Shown here one piece after another: positions 50,349 to 60,100 of a DNA stretch of 64,000 nucleotides (position 1 is the first letter of the stretch; every line of letters starts with the position of its first letter). The notes beneath the pieces were generated by a model. The model was given only the letters and a program-made list of their open reading frames with translations, was not told the DNA's origin and made no database searches. The DNA comes from a virus, in IMG/VR virus record IMGVR_UViG_3300036846_001111, positions 7,887-71,886 of that record; one strand, written 5' to 3'. The translations under genes and the position numbers were made by a program.

Positions 50349-53082
50349 GCGCCGGCCCCGGCAGCTTCTGCAGCGTCTGGATATGCTTGGCGCGCGACCG
50401 CTTGACGAACTCATCGAGCACCCGGCAGCCAAGCTCGGGATCACCGCGGCCGGCGGCGCGCACCTGCTGCGGCGAGAGCACGTACTCGCCGCCCGCCGCC
50501 ACGATCGGCACGCCCTCGTCGCCGTGGTCGGTGGCCGCCCCGCCACGCGACTGGAAGCGTGGATCGGTGATGTCGACCATGTCGTCGGGCTCGTCGTAGG
50601 CGCTTAGCTGCCGGCCGATCGCCGCCTTCTTGACGTCGGCCGCGGTCTGCCGCTCGCGCGCCTGGGCGGTCTGGTGGCGCAGCATGAACTTCTCGGGCAG
50701 GTGCTTCATGCCGCCGCCCTTGATGTGCAGCACGCCGTCGTGGTCGCGCTCGGCCTCCAGGCGGTTGTCCTCGCCGGCCGGCATGCCCCGCAGCGCCTCG
50801 GGGACGTCAGGATTGCCCGAACTCAGGTACTCGCTGGCGTCGTGGTGGATCGCCTTGTCGGCTGGCCACCACACGTGCCCAGCCGGGCTGGCGAGGCCGC
50901 GGGCGATCTTCTGCGGCGGCGCGCCGGGGATTTCGGCCTGCATCGGCTTGGCGGCGTCGACGATCTCGCGCACCCGGCTGGCCGGCGGATTGTCGTGGAA
51001 AAGGACACTCTGTCCGCGCACGGAGCCGCCGAAGGCGCGGTTCTGGATGTCCTCGCCGTAGGGGCCCGAGCCCTGGCCGTAGGGTCCGCCGCTCTGGCCG
51101 TAGGGCGCGCCGCCGAAGAGCCGCCGCATCACCTTGAAGCCGGCCTGGGTGTTGCCCTCGCCGTGGCTGCTGACCACGTCCGCTGGCAGCACGTAGGAGC
51201 CGGACGGCACGTGCATGTTGAGGTGGTCGGTGCGGCCCGAGACGTGGCTGTGGATCGGCCCGACGTGCAGGTGGTGGCCCTTCAGGTTGGAGTGGAAGAG
51301 CCGCGGCCCGGCCGGCCCGCCCTCGGCGCGCCCCACCCGGCCACCGGCATGCCGCAGCGGCATCTCGCCCCGGATGAACCGATCGCGGACGTCGCGCGGG
51401 TCCATGCCGGTTTCGTGCGCGGTCTGGTGGATGCGGTCGGTGAGGAAGCCCATGAACGGCTTGGAGGAGTCGGAGGCGAGGCCGGTCTTGGCGCCGCCGC
51501 CCACCCAGCCTGAGGCCTGCGTCTCGGCCGGCGCCATGCCCATCTCGCGCCCCATGCCTTGATAGTAGTGCTCCATCGCGGCGTACTCGTTGGCGTTCGG
51601 CTGCTCGGTCCAGTAGGCGGCGTGCTCGGGATCGAGCGCCTCGCTCATCGGTGTGATGCCCTGCGCGACCTCGCGCTGGATGTTCCGCTGCGGGATGCCC
51701 TTGCCGGTCTGGTAGCCGGTGGTCAGGAAGCGCGGGTCCTGCGCCAGGATCGCCGGCAGCCGGAAAGCATGGGTGTCGATCGTCGCCGGGCGCCAGTTGC
51801 CGGTGAGATTCTCGACGAAGCTGGCCGGCTTCGGGTTCTGCAGCGGGTCCCAGCCGGCGCCGTGCACCCGTTGCGCGTTGAGGATGTGCAGGTCTTGCGC
51901 CATATGCCCGTAGGGCTGCGGCAGTTTCTTCCCGCCAAACACCTTCTCGCCGGTCGGCATGGGCTGCCCGGTGACGTCGCGGTGGAAGTAGTAGGAGGCG
52001 TTGCGCGCGTTGGCGCTCACGTCTGAGCGCGGCGAGGTCGCGGCCACGTAGTCCATGTAGCGGCGGAACATCCGGTTGCCGGTGTCCTCGCCGTGGTGGC
52101 GGACGAACTCCTGGCGCAGCGGCTCGGCGTTGTACCAGTTCTGGGCGCCCGCCTGTCGACCACGCTCGATGTGCTCCATCACCCCCTGCCGCACCTGCTT
52201 GTTGGCGACGAGGTCGGCTACCCGCTTGGAGACGCCGCGCGGCGGGTCGTAGCGGGGCAGATCGAACTGCGGGACGTCGGGCGGCCGCTCCATGTGCGAC
52301 ATGTCGAACAGCGGCTCGTTCGGCGGCCCCGGGTCGAACTTCTTGGTCTTCGGCAGGCCCTGCCAGCCGCCGGGCGTCCACAGTTGGCTCTCCGCGGCGC
52401 CGCCGCCCTGTCGTCCCACGCGGCCGCCGCGCGCGTACTCGGGCTCCTGGCCCAGCGACATCCGCGCGACGTTCTGGGGCGACCACTTGCCCGGCGTCTG
52501 CTCACCGCCGTTGAACCAGCGCACCTCGGCGCGGACCTTCGGCACGCTGAGCGCCTTGGCGATCGCGGCGCGGGTGTTGCCCTCGGCGAGGTAGGCATGG
52601 CCGTGGTGGTTGACGGTGACGAAGACCGGGTGGTTGTGCGGATCGAAGCCGCCCTGCTCCTTCACTTGACCCATCAGGCGGTCGTACTGCGGGTCGCCCG
52701 GCTTGCGGTCCTCGTTGTTGATGCCGCCGAGCGCCGCCAGATGCTTGGTCGGCAGCATCGGGTACTCGGCGAGATGGGCGGTCATCGCGCCGTTGAGGCC
52801 CTTGGCGCCGAAGCCCATCTTGCCCGCGCCACCACGCGCGGCGGCGTCCTCGTCGGCCCACCGCTGCTTGGAAGCCAGCCAGTCCCCGCCAGGATTGTCA
52901 GCCTTGAAGCCAAGGGTCTGCAGGTGGTCAGCGACGAGACCGCTGCCGCCGCCATCGGCGCGACTCTCGCGCGCGGTGCGCATCGCCGCGGCCACCGCCT
53001 GCCGCTGCGGATGGCCGGCGTGCACCATCTCACGGATGTTCGACGATATAGTTTTTTCGGAAGATCCTGACTCCAGCGGCAT
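50341..53082 (-). CDS. Multidomain virion cargo protein: conserved N-terminal peptide, ParB/Srx-like domain, HhH-glycosylase-like (DUF7178-type) domain, split conserved core
   Basis: MPL..GSS..TISSNI.EM...GHPQ.QAVA.A; LAEGNTRA..A; WY...AATSP..V..N...K...F..NL.G...TIDTH...QA..W; GRTDHL...GSYVLPADVV / GGEYVLSP..V. Confidence 0.8.
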   Translation of the reverse strand: MPLESGSSEKTISSNIREMVHAGHPQRQAVAAAMRTARESRADGGGSGLVADHLQTLGFKADNPGGDWLASKQRWADEDAAARGGAGKMGFGAKGLNGAMTAHLAEYPMLPTKHLAALGGINNEDRKPGDPQYDRLMGQVKEQGGFDPHNHPVFVTVNHHGHAYLAEGNTRAAIAKALSVPKVRAEVRWFNGGEQTPGKWSPQNVARMSLGQEPEYARGGRVGRQGGGAAESQLWTPGGWQGLPKTKKFDPGPPNEPLFDMSHMERPPDVPQFDLPRYDPPRGVSKRVADLVANKQVRQGVMEHIERGRQAGAQNWYNAEPLRQEFVRHHGEDTGNRMFRRYMDYVAATSPRSDVSANARNASYYFHRDVTGQPMPTGEKVFGGKKLPQPYGHMAQDLHILNAQRVHGAGWDPLQNPKPASFVENLTGNWRPATIDTHAFRLPAILAQDPRFLTTGYQTGKGIPQRNIQREVAQGITPMSEALDPEHAAYWTEQPNANEYAAMEHYYQGMGREMGMAPAETQASGWVGGGAKTGLASDSSKPFMGFLTDRIHQTAHETGMDPRDVRDRFIRGEMPLRHAGGRVGRAEGGPAGPRLFHSNLKGHHLHVGPIHSHVSGRTDHLNMHVPSGSYVLPADVVSSHGEGNTQAGFKVMRRLFGGAPYGQSGGPYGQGSGPYGEDIQNRAFGGSVRGQSVLFHDNPPASRVREIVDAAKPMQAEIPGAPPQKIARGLASPAGHVWWPADKAIHHDASEYLSSGNPDVPEALRGMPAGEDNRLEAERDHDGVLHIKGGGMKHLPEKFMLRHQTAQARERQTAADVKKAAIGRQLSAYDEPDDMVDITDPRFQSRGGAATDHGDEGVPIVAAGGEYVLSPQQVRAAGRGDPELGCRVLDEFVKRSRAKHIQTLQKLPGPARD

Positions 53083-53092
53083 AATCGTGCCC

Positions 53093-53491
53093 TTACGAGT
53101 ACGAAACCGTGACGGTCATGCCCGCGCCAGGGATCACCACCAGCCCCAGGCTGAGCGGCAGGTTCACGAACACCGATCCGACCGCGTTCGGTATCACATA
53201 GATCACCGGCGCTGTCGCGGCGGCGCTGTTGGAGTCGACGATCGCGCCCGGCGCGGTGCCGGCGACGGTGACGTTGACGAACGCCACCCGGCCGGGACCC
53301 AGCTTCGACTGCACCGGGCCGCCGGTGAGCGCCGGGGCCGACTGCTGACCGTTGATCGCCAGCAGCGTCTGCCCGAGGTTGGCGATGTTGACGGCGACGT
53401 TCTTCACGGCGGTCAACAGGTCGCTGAGAGACGCGCCCGCCGGGCCTTGGCCGTGGCCCGGATGTGGGCCCGGGGTCGGATCGTAGGTCAT
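53093..53491 (-). CDS. Hypothetical structural protein
   Basis: Coupled to the nozzle gene; beta-rich C-terminus. Confidence 0.7.
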   Translation of the reverse strand: MTYDPTPGPHPGHGQGPAGASLSDLLTAVKNVAVNIANLGQTLLAINGQQSAPALTGGPVQSKLGPGRVAFVNVTVAGTAPGAIVDSNSAAATAPVIYVIPNAVGSVFVNLPLSLGLVVIPGAGMTVTVSYS

Positions 53492-55569
53492 CCGTACCTA
53501 CCCGCGGGCTGCCCGCGGTAGCGGAAGCGGCCGAGCCGCCAGAACGAGCCGACGTCGTTGGAGAGAAGCTGGAAGGCGAAGAGCCGCGCGCGGGCCCGAA
53601 GGTTGAACCACGTCGATAGCTGGGTGACGTTGAACGGGCCGACCACCAGCGTCGGCTGCTCGGGGAAGTCAGTCAGCCAGAAGGTGATCTGCAACGTGGC
53701 GTTCTGCGGCGAGCCGTACTGGCCGTAGCGCGCGTCCGGCCAGACCTCGTCGACGAAGGTCTTCATGTCCCCCTCGTTGAGGGTGAAGAAGCCGGTCTGG
53801 AACCACGACACCAGCGGCTGGCCATCGGCGTCGTTCGACGTCTCGTGCTGGTAGATGAAGCGGCTGCCCGGGTCGGCGCCGATCGGTGCTCCGAGCACGG
53901 ACTGATCGATCCACGCCGAGCGCGCCAGCAGCCCGTAATCCCACCAGCCCAAGGCATAGTTATATTTGAGGAAGGTGCCGACCTCGCCGTTCGACCCCAA
54001 GGTCGGGATGTACCACGCGATCTCGTTGAAGCGGCTGTTCACCGCGACCCTGATCTTGTCGAGGTTGGCCTCGTCGACGTCTTGGAACGCGACGTCCCAC
54101 ACGGGACACGCGAGTGGCTGGACCCCTTCACTCGTCAATGAGTAGAACTGGGTGGGCCCCATCCAGTAGACGACGCCGTTGGCCGCCGCAGCGGCCTTGC
54201 GGCTGATCAGGCCGCAGCCGGTGGCCACCTCGTTGAAGCTGTAGATGTAGGGCGGCCCGATGTACTGCATCGTCCAGATCGCGAGGTCGGTCCACAGCAG
54301 CCCCTGCTGCGGCCCCTGGATTCCCCCGACGATTTTGGAGCCGCGCGGCAGCCGGAACTTGCCGGCCTGATTGGTCACCGAGCCGATCCACGAATTGAAG
54401 TTGGAGACGTCACACCAGCGCACGAGGAGGGGGTCCTGCACCCCGGTGTCGGTCGAGCCCCAGGCGATGATCTGGCGCTGCGGCATGCCGACGAAGAAGC
54501 CGTCGTTGACGGTCGGCGCGTTGGGGATCACCGAGGCCTGCGGTGCGCCCGAGGTCGGGTCCCACTGGTAGATCGGCTGGAACAGGGTGCCGTTGATCGG
54601 ACACGACAGCAGCACCTGCCCGAAGTTGTCGAGCACCCAGTCCGAGGCGGTGATGAAGGCGCCGGTGGCGACGTTGGGGTTCTGCCCGGCGCCGCCGAAC
54701 GCGCCGGCCCCGAAGCCACCGATGCCGAAGCCGGTGGCCGGCAGGGTGGGGCCGATGCCGAACGAATAGAGGATGCGCGCGTTGCCGCCGTTCACCGAAG
54801 CGGTCGCCGCCGCCGTGGCGCTGGCGTTGGCGATGATGGTGAACGTGTTCGGCGAAAGCACCGTCGAGACGGTGTAGTTGCCGAAGATGGTGACGCCGCC
54901 GACCGTGGTGGGCACCACCACCGCGTAGTTGGCGCCCGCTACGAGGCCGTGGTTCGGCAGCGCGACGCTGACCACCGGCGAGTTCGCAGTGGTGGTGTAG
55001 GCGGCGACGAGGCCCGGCGAGTCGGCGCTCGCCGCCGGCAGCGGATTGCCCAGCACGTCGGTGGCGATGATCGAGTAGTGGGTCGCGTCGATCGCCGTGG
55101 TCGGGTAGGCGCCGAACAGGTGGATGCCGCCGACGCTGATGTTGGTCTGGATATAGACCGTGTCGAACGAGGTGACGTTCGGCATCGAGGCGTCGGTGAC
55201 GGTGACCACCGGCGAGCCGGCGGTGGTGGCGAAGGCCGGCGCCGGGTTGGTGACGCCCGAGGTCGGCGTGACGTCCTGCACGACGCCTTTGGTGACCACC
55301 GCAAGCTGGGCGCGCGCCCCATAGGCCTCGGTGCCGTAGGCGAGATGCTTCAGCGCGTTGGTATCTTCCCAACCCCAGAGCGCCCGCACCTTCGCCGGCG
55401 TCGGCGTCGGCAGGTACTTCTGCCAGCCGCCCAGCTTCTGCACCATCGGGCGCTGGTCGTCGTCGTACTGGTAGCGGATCAGTTGGCTGGCCGAGAGCCC
55501 GAACTGGTTGAGCGCTGGCGTACGATTCACGTTGACGCCATCGCTGAGTTCGACCGGCTGGTGGGGCAT
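53488..55569 (-). CDS. Tail nozzle / packaged DNA stabilization protein (P22 gp10-like)
   Basis: K.GGW, W.LDNFG..L, DPLLVRWCD, NQAG..RL..GS.I, CGLI, YWMG...FY, FNEI.W; GGAGG RBS. Confidence 0.85.
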   Translation of the reverse strand: MPHQPVELSDGVNVNRTPALNQFGLSASQLIRYQYDDDQRPMVQKLGGWQKYLPTPTPAKVRALWGWEDTNALKHLAYGTEAYGARAQLAVVTKGVVQDVTPTSGVTNPAPAFATTAGSPVVTVTDASMPNVTSFDTVYIQTNISVGGIHLFGAYPTTAIDATHYSIIATDVLGNPLPAASADSPGLVAAYTTTANSPVVSVALPNHGLVAGANYAVVVPTTVGGVTIFGNYTVSTVLSPNTFTIIANASATAAATASVNGGNARILYSFGIGPTLPATGFGIGGFGAGAFGGAGQNPNVATGAFITASDWVLDNFGQVLLSCPINGTLFQPIYQWDPTSGAPQASVIPNAPTVNDGFFVGMPQRQIIAWGSTDTGVQDPLLVRWCDVSNFNSWIGSVTNQAGKFRLPRGSKIVGGIQGPQQGLLWTDLAIWTMQYIGPPYIYSFNEVATGCGLISRKAAAAANGVVYWMGPTQFYSLTSEGVQPLACPVWDVAFQDVDEANLDKIRVAVNSRFNEIAWYIPTLGSNGEVGTFLKYNYALGWWDYGLLARSAWIDQSVLGAPIGADPGSRFIYQHETSNDADGQPLVSWFQTGFFTLNEGDMKTFVDEVWPDARYGQYGSPQNATLQITFWLTDFPEQPTLVVGPFNVTQLSTWFNLRARARLFAFQLLSNDVGSFWRLGRFRYRGQPAGRYG

Positions 55570-56040
55570 CTACACCTCCAGATGCCGCCAGCTTTTCCGG
55601 GTGCGGAGCATGCGAATAGCGGCGGCGCTGACGCCATAGGTCGCCCCGACCTCGGCACTGGTCATGCTGGATGGCAACATAAAGATCGTGCGCGCCTGGG
55701 TCTCTGTCAGCTTGGCGCGAGCGTTGATTTCTCCGCGGGGACGTCCCTGCCGACCTTTCCCGTTTCGATCAGCCATGTTCGCAGCGTGATCGCCAAGGAC
55801 GAGGTGGTCGCGGCTGCGACAGAGAGGCGTATCGCAGGTATGCATAACCTGCGCACCGGGCGGGACCGGGCCGTGCTCGACCTCCCAGGCAGCACGGTGG
55901 ACGGGAACCGCCCGCCCTTTGACCGTCAGCCGTCCATAGCCCTTGCGTGTATCGCCAAGCCACAACTGGCAGTGCCCCTCAACGTAGGGCTCTGAAAAGG
56001 CATCCAGCCGTTCCGCCAGAGGTTTCGCTTTGCGGGGCAT
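55570..56040 (-). CDS. HNH homing endonuclease with C-terminal HTH
   Basis: C.LW.G...GYG, VHRAAW, VMHTCDTPLC...HL.LG.HA.N..D; lower GC. Confidence 0.9.
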   Translation of the reverse strand: MPRKAKPLAERLDAFSEPYVEGHCQLWLGDTRKGYGRLTVKGRAVPVHRAAWEVEHGPVPPGAQVMHTCDTPLCRSRDHLVLGDHAANMADRNGKGRQGRPRGEINARAKLTETQARTIFMLPSSMTSAEVGATYGVSAAAIRMLRTRKSWRHLEV

Positions 56041-56044
56041 GCGC

Positions 56045-56836
56045 TCACGTCCGCGTCGGGGTGGCGATCGGCGACGACGCGCGCGACGTCCAGGCGTCGG
56101 CCTCGAAGCGCTTGCGGTACTCCTCCTTGTCGACCGAGGCCAAGAGCGTGCCGTACTGGGCCTCGTAGGAGAGCGCCATCTGCGGGTCGTCGGACTGGCG
56201 GCCGAAGTCCCTCTGGTAGGCCGAGACGTAGATCATGCACGCCATCACCAAGAGGTCCGGCAGCCACGTCGAGAGCCATGTGGTCCCGACGCCCGCCTGG
56301 GAGGGCGTCGCATAGGTCGCCAGCGACGGCGCGCGGGTCGTGCCGTAGGCGTAGACCGCATAGGCCTGATCCGGCGTCGGCCCGAACGCGACGATGGTGC
56401 CGACGAGACCGGCCGCGAAGCCACCGATCATCGCGAACACCTTCGGCGGGCCCAGCGGCGCCTGCGCCAGGGTGGCCAGGAGGTAGTCCCGGCTCACCGG
56501 GTTCAGCGGGTAGAAGCCGCCGCTGGGGTTGAAAGCCCCCAGCGCCTCGATGACGACGAAGTCGGCGGCCGGGATGGCGAGGTTCGCGTTACCTGGGGTC
56601 AGATGATAGACGTTGGCCGCCCCGCCACGCAGCGCCTGCAGGTCGAGATCGCGCTGAATCCGCTGCTCGGCGTAGTTCAGCATCTGGCTGATCAGCGTGG
56701 TGAAGTCGCCAGGGTTCGCCGGCGTGATGGGGACGATGCCCTGCAGCACACCGTTCACCAACTGCGTCTGGTAGGGCGCCAGCAGCGCCACCTGGGCGAC
56801 GAGGCCGTTGTAGGTGAGGGCGGTGGTGGCGGGCAT
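56045..56836 (-). CDS. Head-tail adaptor-like virion protein
   Basis: TY..L, I..AEQRI.R, GPTPD..Y, TTWLS...PDLL..A motifs. Confidence 0.75.
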   Translation of the reverse strand: MPATTALTYNGLVAQVALLAPYQTQLVNGVLQGIVPITPANPGDFTTLISQMLNYAEQRIQRDLDLQALRGGAANVYHLTPGNANLAIPAADFVVIEALGAFNPSGGFYPLNPVSRDYLLATLAQAPLGPPKVFAMIGGFAAGLVGTIVAFGPTPDQAYAVYAYGTTRAPSLATYATPSQAGVGTTWLSTWLPDLLVMACMIYVSAYQRDFGRQSDDPQMALSYEAQYGTLLASVDKEEYRKRFEADAWTSRASSPIATPTRT

Positions 56837-56839
56837 CTG

Positions 56840-57175
56840 TCAGAGGGTCGGGATCGGCTGGTCGGGCGTCGGCGCGGGCGGGTTCAGCGGGTCTTTCGGA
56901 AAACGGGTGGAGGCCGGCGGCGCGTCGGTGCTGACCGCCGGCGGCATCTCCACGCCGTCGAACGGGTTGATCTCGGGCAGTCTCGCGGCGCCCGACCCGA
57001 AGTAGCCGGGGAAGACGCCGGCATCCTCTTCCAGCGCCACCATCAGGTTAGAGAAGGTCGCCCAGGCGTAGGCCACCACCAGCGCCTGCTGCGGCTCGGT
57101 GACCAGGGTGCGCAGGATGTCGAACGCCTGCCGCACCCGCACCGCCCTGGCGTTCAATTCCTGAGGCGCGAGCAT
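56840..57175 (-). CDS. Hypothetical protein (possible tail fibre chaperone)
   Basis: TGATG-coupled to the tail fibre. Confidence 0.65.
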   Translation of the reverse strand: MLAPQELNARAVRVRQAFDILRTLVTEPQQALVVAYAWATFSNLMVALEEDAGVFPGYFGSGAARLPEINPFDGVEMPPAVSTDAPPASTRFPKDPLNPPAPTPDQPIPTL

Positions 57176-60100
57176 CACATGGGTCCTCCGACTGCCATCA
57201 CCCACCACTTGCCGCCGGGCGCGGCGGGGTTGCCGTTCCCGACCCACTTGAGCCGGACGATGGTCTGCTGACCACTCTGGCCGATGTTGATGGTCGGCGT
57301 CGGCGCCCGCACCGTATTCGGGTCCCACTGCACGACCATACCGCCGGCGATGGTCGCGCCGGGGGTCAGGAACAGGTCGATGTCGACGATGAGGCCCGGC
57401 CCGAGCGCCTGCACGCCGAGCACGGTGTTATTCGCCGAGACGGTGCAGATGACGTTCGACTGGCTGAGAAAGCCGATGCCGATGACGTAGGGGCTGGTCG
57501 ACGCGCTCACCGTGAAGCGCGGCGGCACCGTGAACACCGCGCTGTTCTTGAAGGAGAACTGCCCGAGGTAGCCCTCGCCGGGGCGGATCGCCTGACCCTG
57601 GATGCCGCCCGGCAGGCCAGGGTTGTCCATCCGGCCGATGGCGGTGACCTTGCCGGCGCTGCCAAGCTGGCACTGGTCGAGCGCGCCGACGCCGTACATC
57701 GCGTCGAAGTCGATGACCATGTGAATGAGGCCGCCGTCGGGGATGCCGGCGCTGTAGTAGCCGAAGCCGTCGATCGCGTTGTTGGCCGCCACCACCGGGC
57801 CACCCAGGTTGTCGACGATGTCCCAGAGCGGTGGCGTGGTCGAGGCGACGCCGGTGAACATCTCCTCGCTGGCGATCGGCGCGCCGAGCGTCTGGTTGAT
57901 CACGTAGACGCCGATGCCGCCGGTGGTGTTGGCGCTCATCGCGCTCGACGGCACGAGGATGTTGCCGAGGCCGGTCAGCGTGTAGGTGCCGGTGCCGCCG
58001 GTGCCGGTGTCGGTCACCGCCTTGCCGATCGTCGCCAGCGCGGTCTGGCCCGGCGCGCCGCCGGTCACCGGCACGTTGACGGTCTGGCCGACGCCCAGCA
58101 CGCCGCCGGCCATCGCGGTCACGGTCAGGATGTTGCCGAAGGAGCCCGCGCCGTTGTCGATATAGCCGGTGAACTGCGCCGCCAGCCCGCCGCCACTGAG
58201 CGGCCACGACGCGGTCATCGCAATCGGGCCGATGTTCTGGTCGACGTTGATGTTGTAGGTCCCGACGCCGCCGGTCGTGCCGCTGATCTGGTTGGCGACG
58301 TAGGTCGGGATGACGCCGGCGCCCTGGATCAGATGGCCGGGGATCAGCGCGCCCGAGGCGACCGCGCTGACGGTCAGCACCCCGGAGGTGTTGATCGTGC
58401 CGGTGAAGGCGCACTGGCCGCTGAGTTGCGCCGCGCCGCTGACGTTGTAGGTCCCGGCCCCGCCGGCCGGGCCGCTGATCTGGCTGACGATGACGGTGCC
58501 GGCGTTGACCTTGCCGCCGGTCAGCGGCGAGCCCAGGCGCACCGCGCCGGCGGTCACCCCTGTGACGGTCAGGATGGCGCCCGGCGTGACGCCGCCGGTG
58601 CCGTCGTCCACGTAGCCGGTGAACCCGGAGCCGAGCGCGGTGATCTGCGCCGGCGGCGAGGTCGGCAGGCCGGTCCCGCCGAGGTACTGGCCTGCCGCCA
58701 GGACGCCGGTGTTGACCGCGGTCACCGTCAAGAGGGCGCCGTTGATCGAGCCGGTGAAGTCGACGCCGATGGTCTGCGGGAACGCCAGCGTGTACTGGCC
58801 GGCGCCGCCAGCCGGGCCTGAGACCTGCCCGGTGAGGAAGTTGAAGCCGGTGGCGGACGGGACAGCGCCCAGCAGAATCGGGTTGGTGGGCGCGCCGAAG
58901 ATGTTCGCGGTCGGCCCGGCCGACTGCAGATACCAGCCGCTGGAGCCTGGGTGCTGCGGGCCCTGCACCCTCCCCGACAGCGCGCACGATATCCCGGTGC
59001 CGTCAGGGAAGACGCCCTGGTTGGGCAGCATCACATAGTCGCCCGCAAGGAGCCCGGTGGCGCTGGCGAGCCGGTTGAAGCCCTTCCCGATGGTGGCGCC
59101 CCAACCGCTGGCGTTGCGGGCGAACTGGCCAAAGCGGGTGGTGGCGCCCCAGTTCGGCGCAGCGCCGCCCGAGGAGGCGAACAGCTTCCACCAGTGCGCG
59201 CCCGCGGCCGCCACCGGGTTCACCAGGGTCAGCGTGCTGGCGGTGTTGGAGGCGACGACGTTGGAGGAGCCGTTGCGCCCCGAGAGCAGCCAGATGCCGT
59301 AGCCCGCCCACTTGTTCACCGGCCAGTTCGGGCTCGGGGTGAACGAGATCACCGTCGTCGTCGAGGTGGCGTCGCTCTGCATCCAGGGCGGACCACCGTC
59401 GTCGACGATCATCACCAGTGCGTAGTTGTCGAGCGCGTTGGTGACCTGCAGCAGCGACTGCGGCGTCCAGTGTGCGTTGGGTGTCCAGGCGTAGAAATAG
59501 CCGCCGCTCGTCCAGTTCATCACGCTGGACTCGTGGCTCATGTCGATCATGCCGACCGTGGCCTCGGAGCGGGTGCCGATGCACACGCACGACTCGGTGG
59601 CCACCTGCTGGGCGAAGAAGTCGGCGCCGCCCAAGTGAATCTGGTAGCGCTGCGGGACCCCGAAGTAGTTGTAGGCCGACGCATCGTTCTCAGCGAGCAT
59701 CGTGTAGGCGCTGAACGAGCCGCCGAACGCCGCGACGCCGTAGCGGGGGCAGGCGAGGGTCTGACCACCCCAGAAGGCGCCGGCGATGGCATTGTCGCCG
59801 CCGAAGGTGATCCCGTCGTCGCAGCCGGCCGCCGTGATCAACTGGAACATCTCGGTGTCGCCCTGCGCGGCGCCGCCCTCGGGCGACACGGCGATGCAGC
59901 ACTTGCTGGTCGCGTAGTTGCCGCTGATGAACCAGTCGCTGAGAGTATTGTTCTGGACGTTGAGGCCCGGCGCGCCCGGGGTGTGCGAGAGGCTGACGAG
60001 ATAGTTGGCAACGCCGGCCAGAGATTGGTCGATCACCTGTAGGCTTTTGACCGTGCTGTAGTTCAGGCTGTTGAACTTGATCGCTGGACCGACATTCAAG

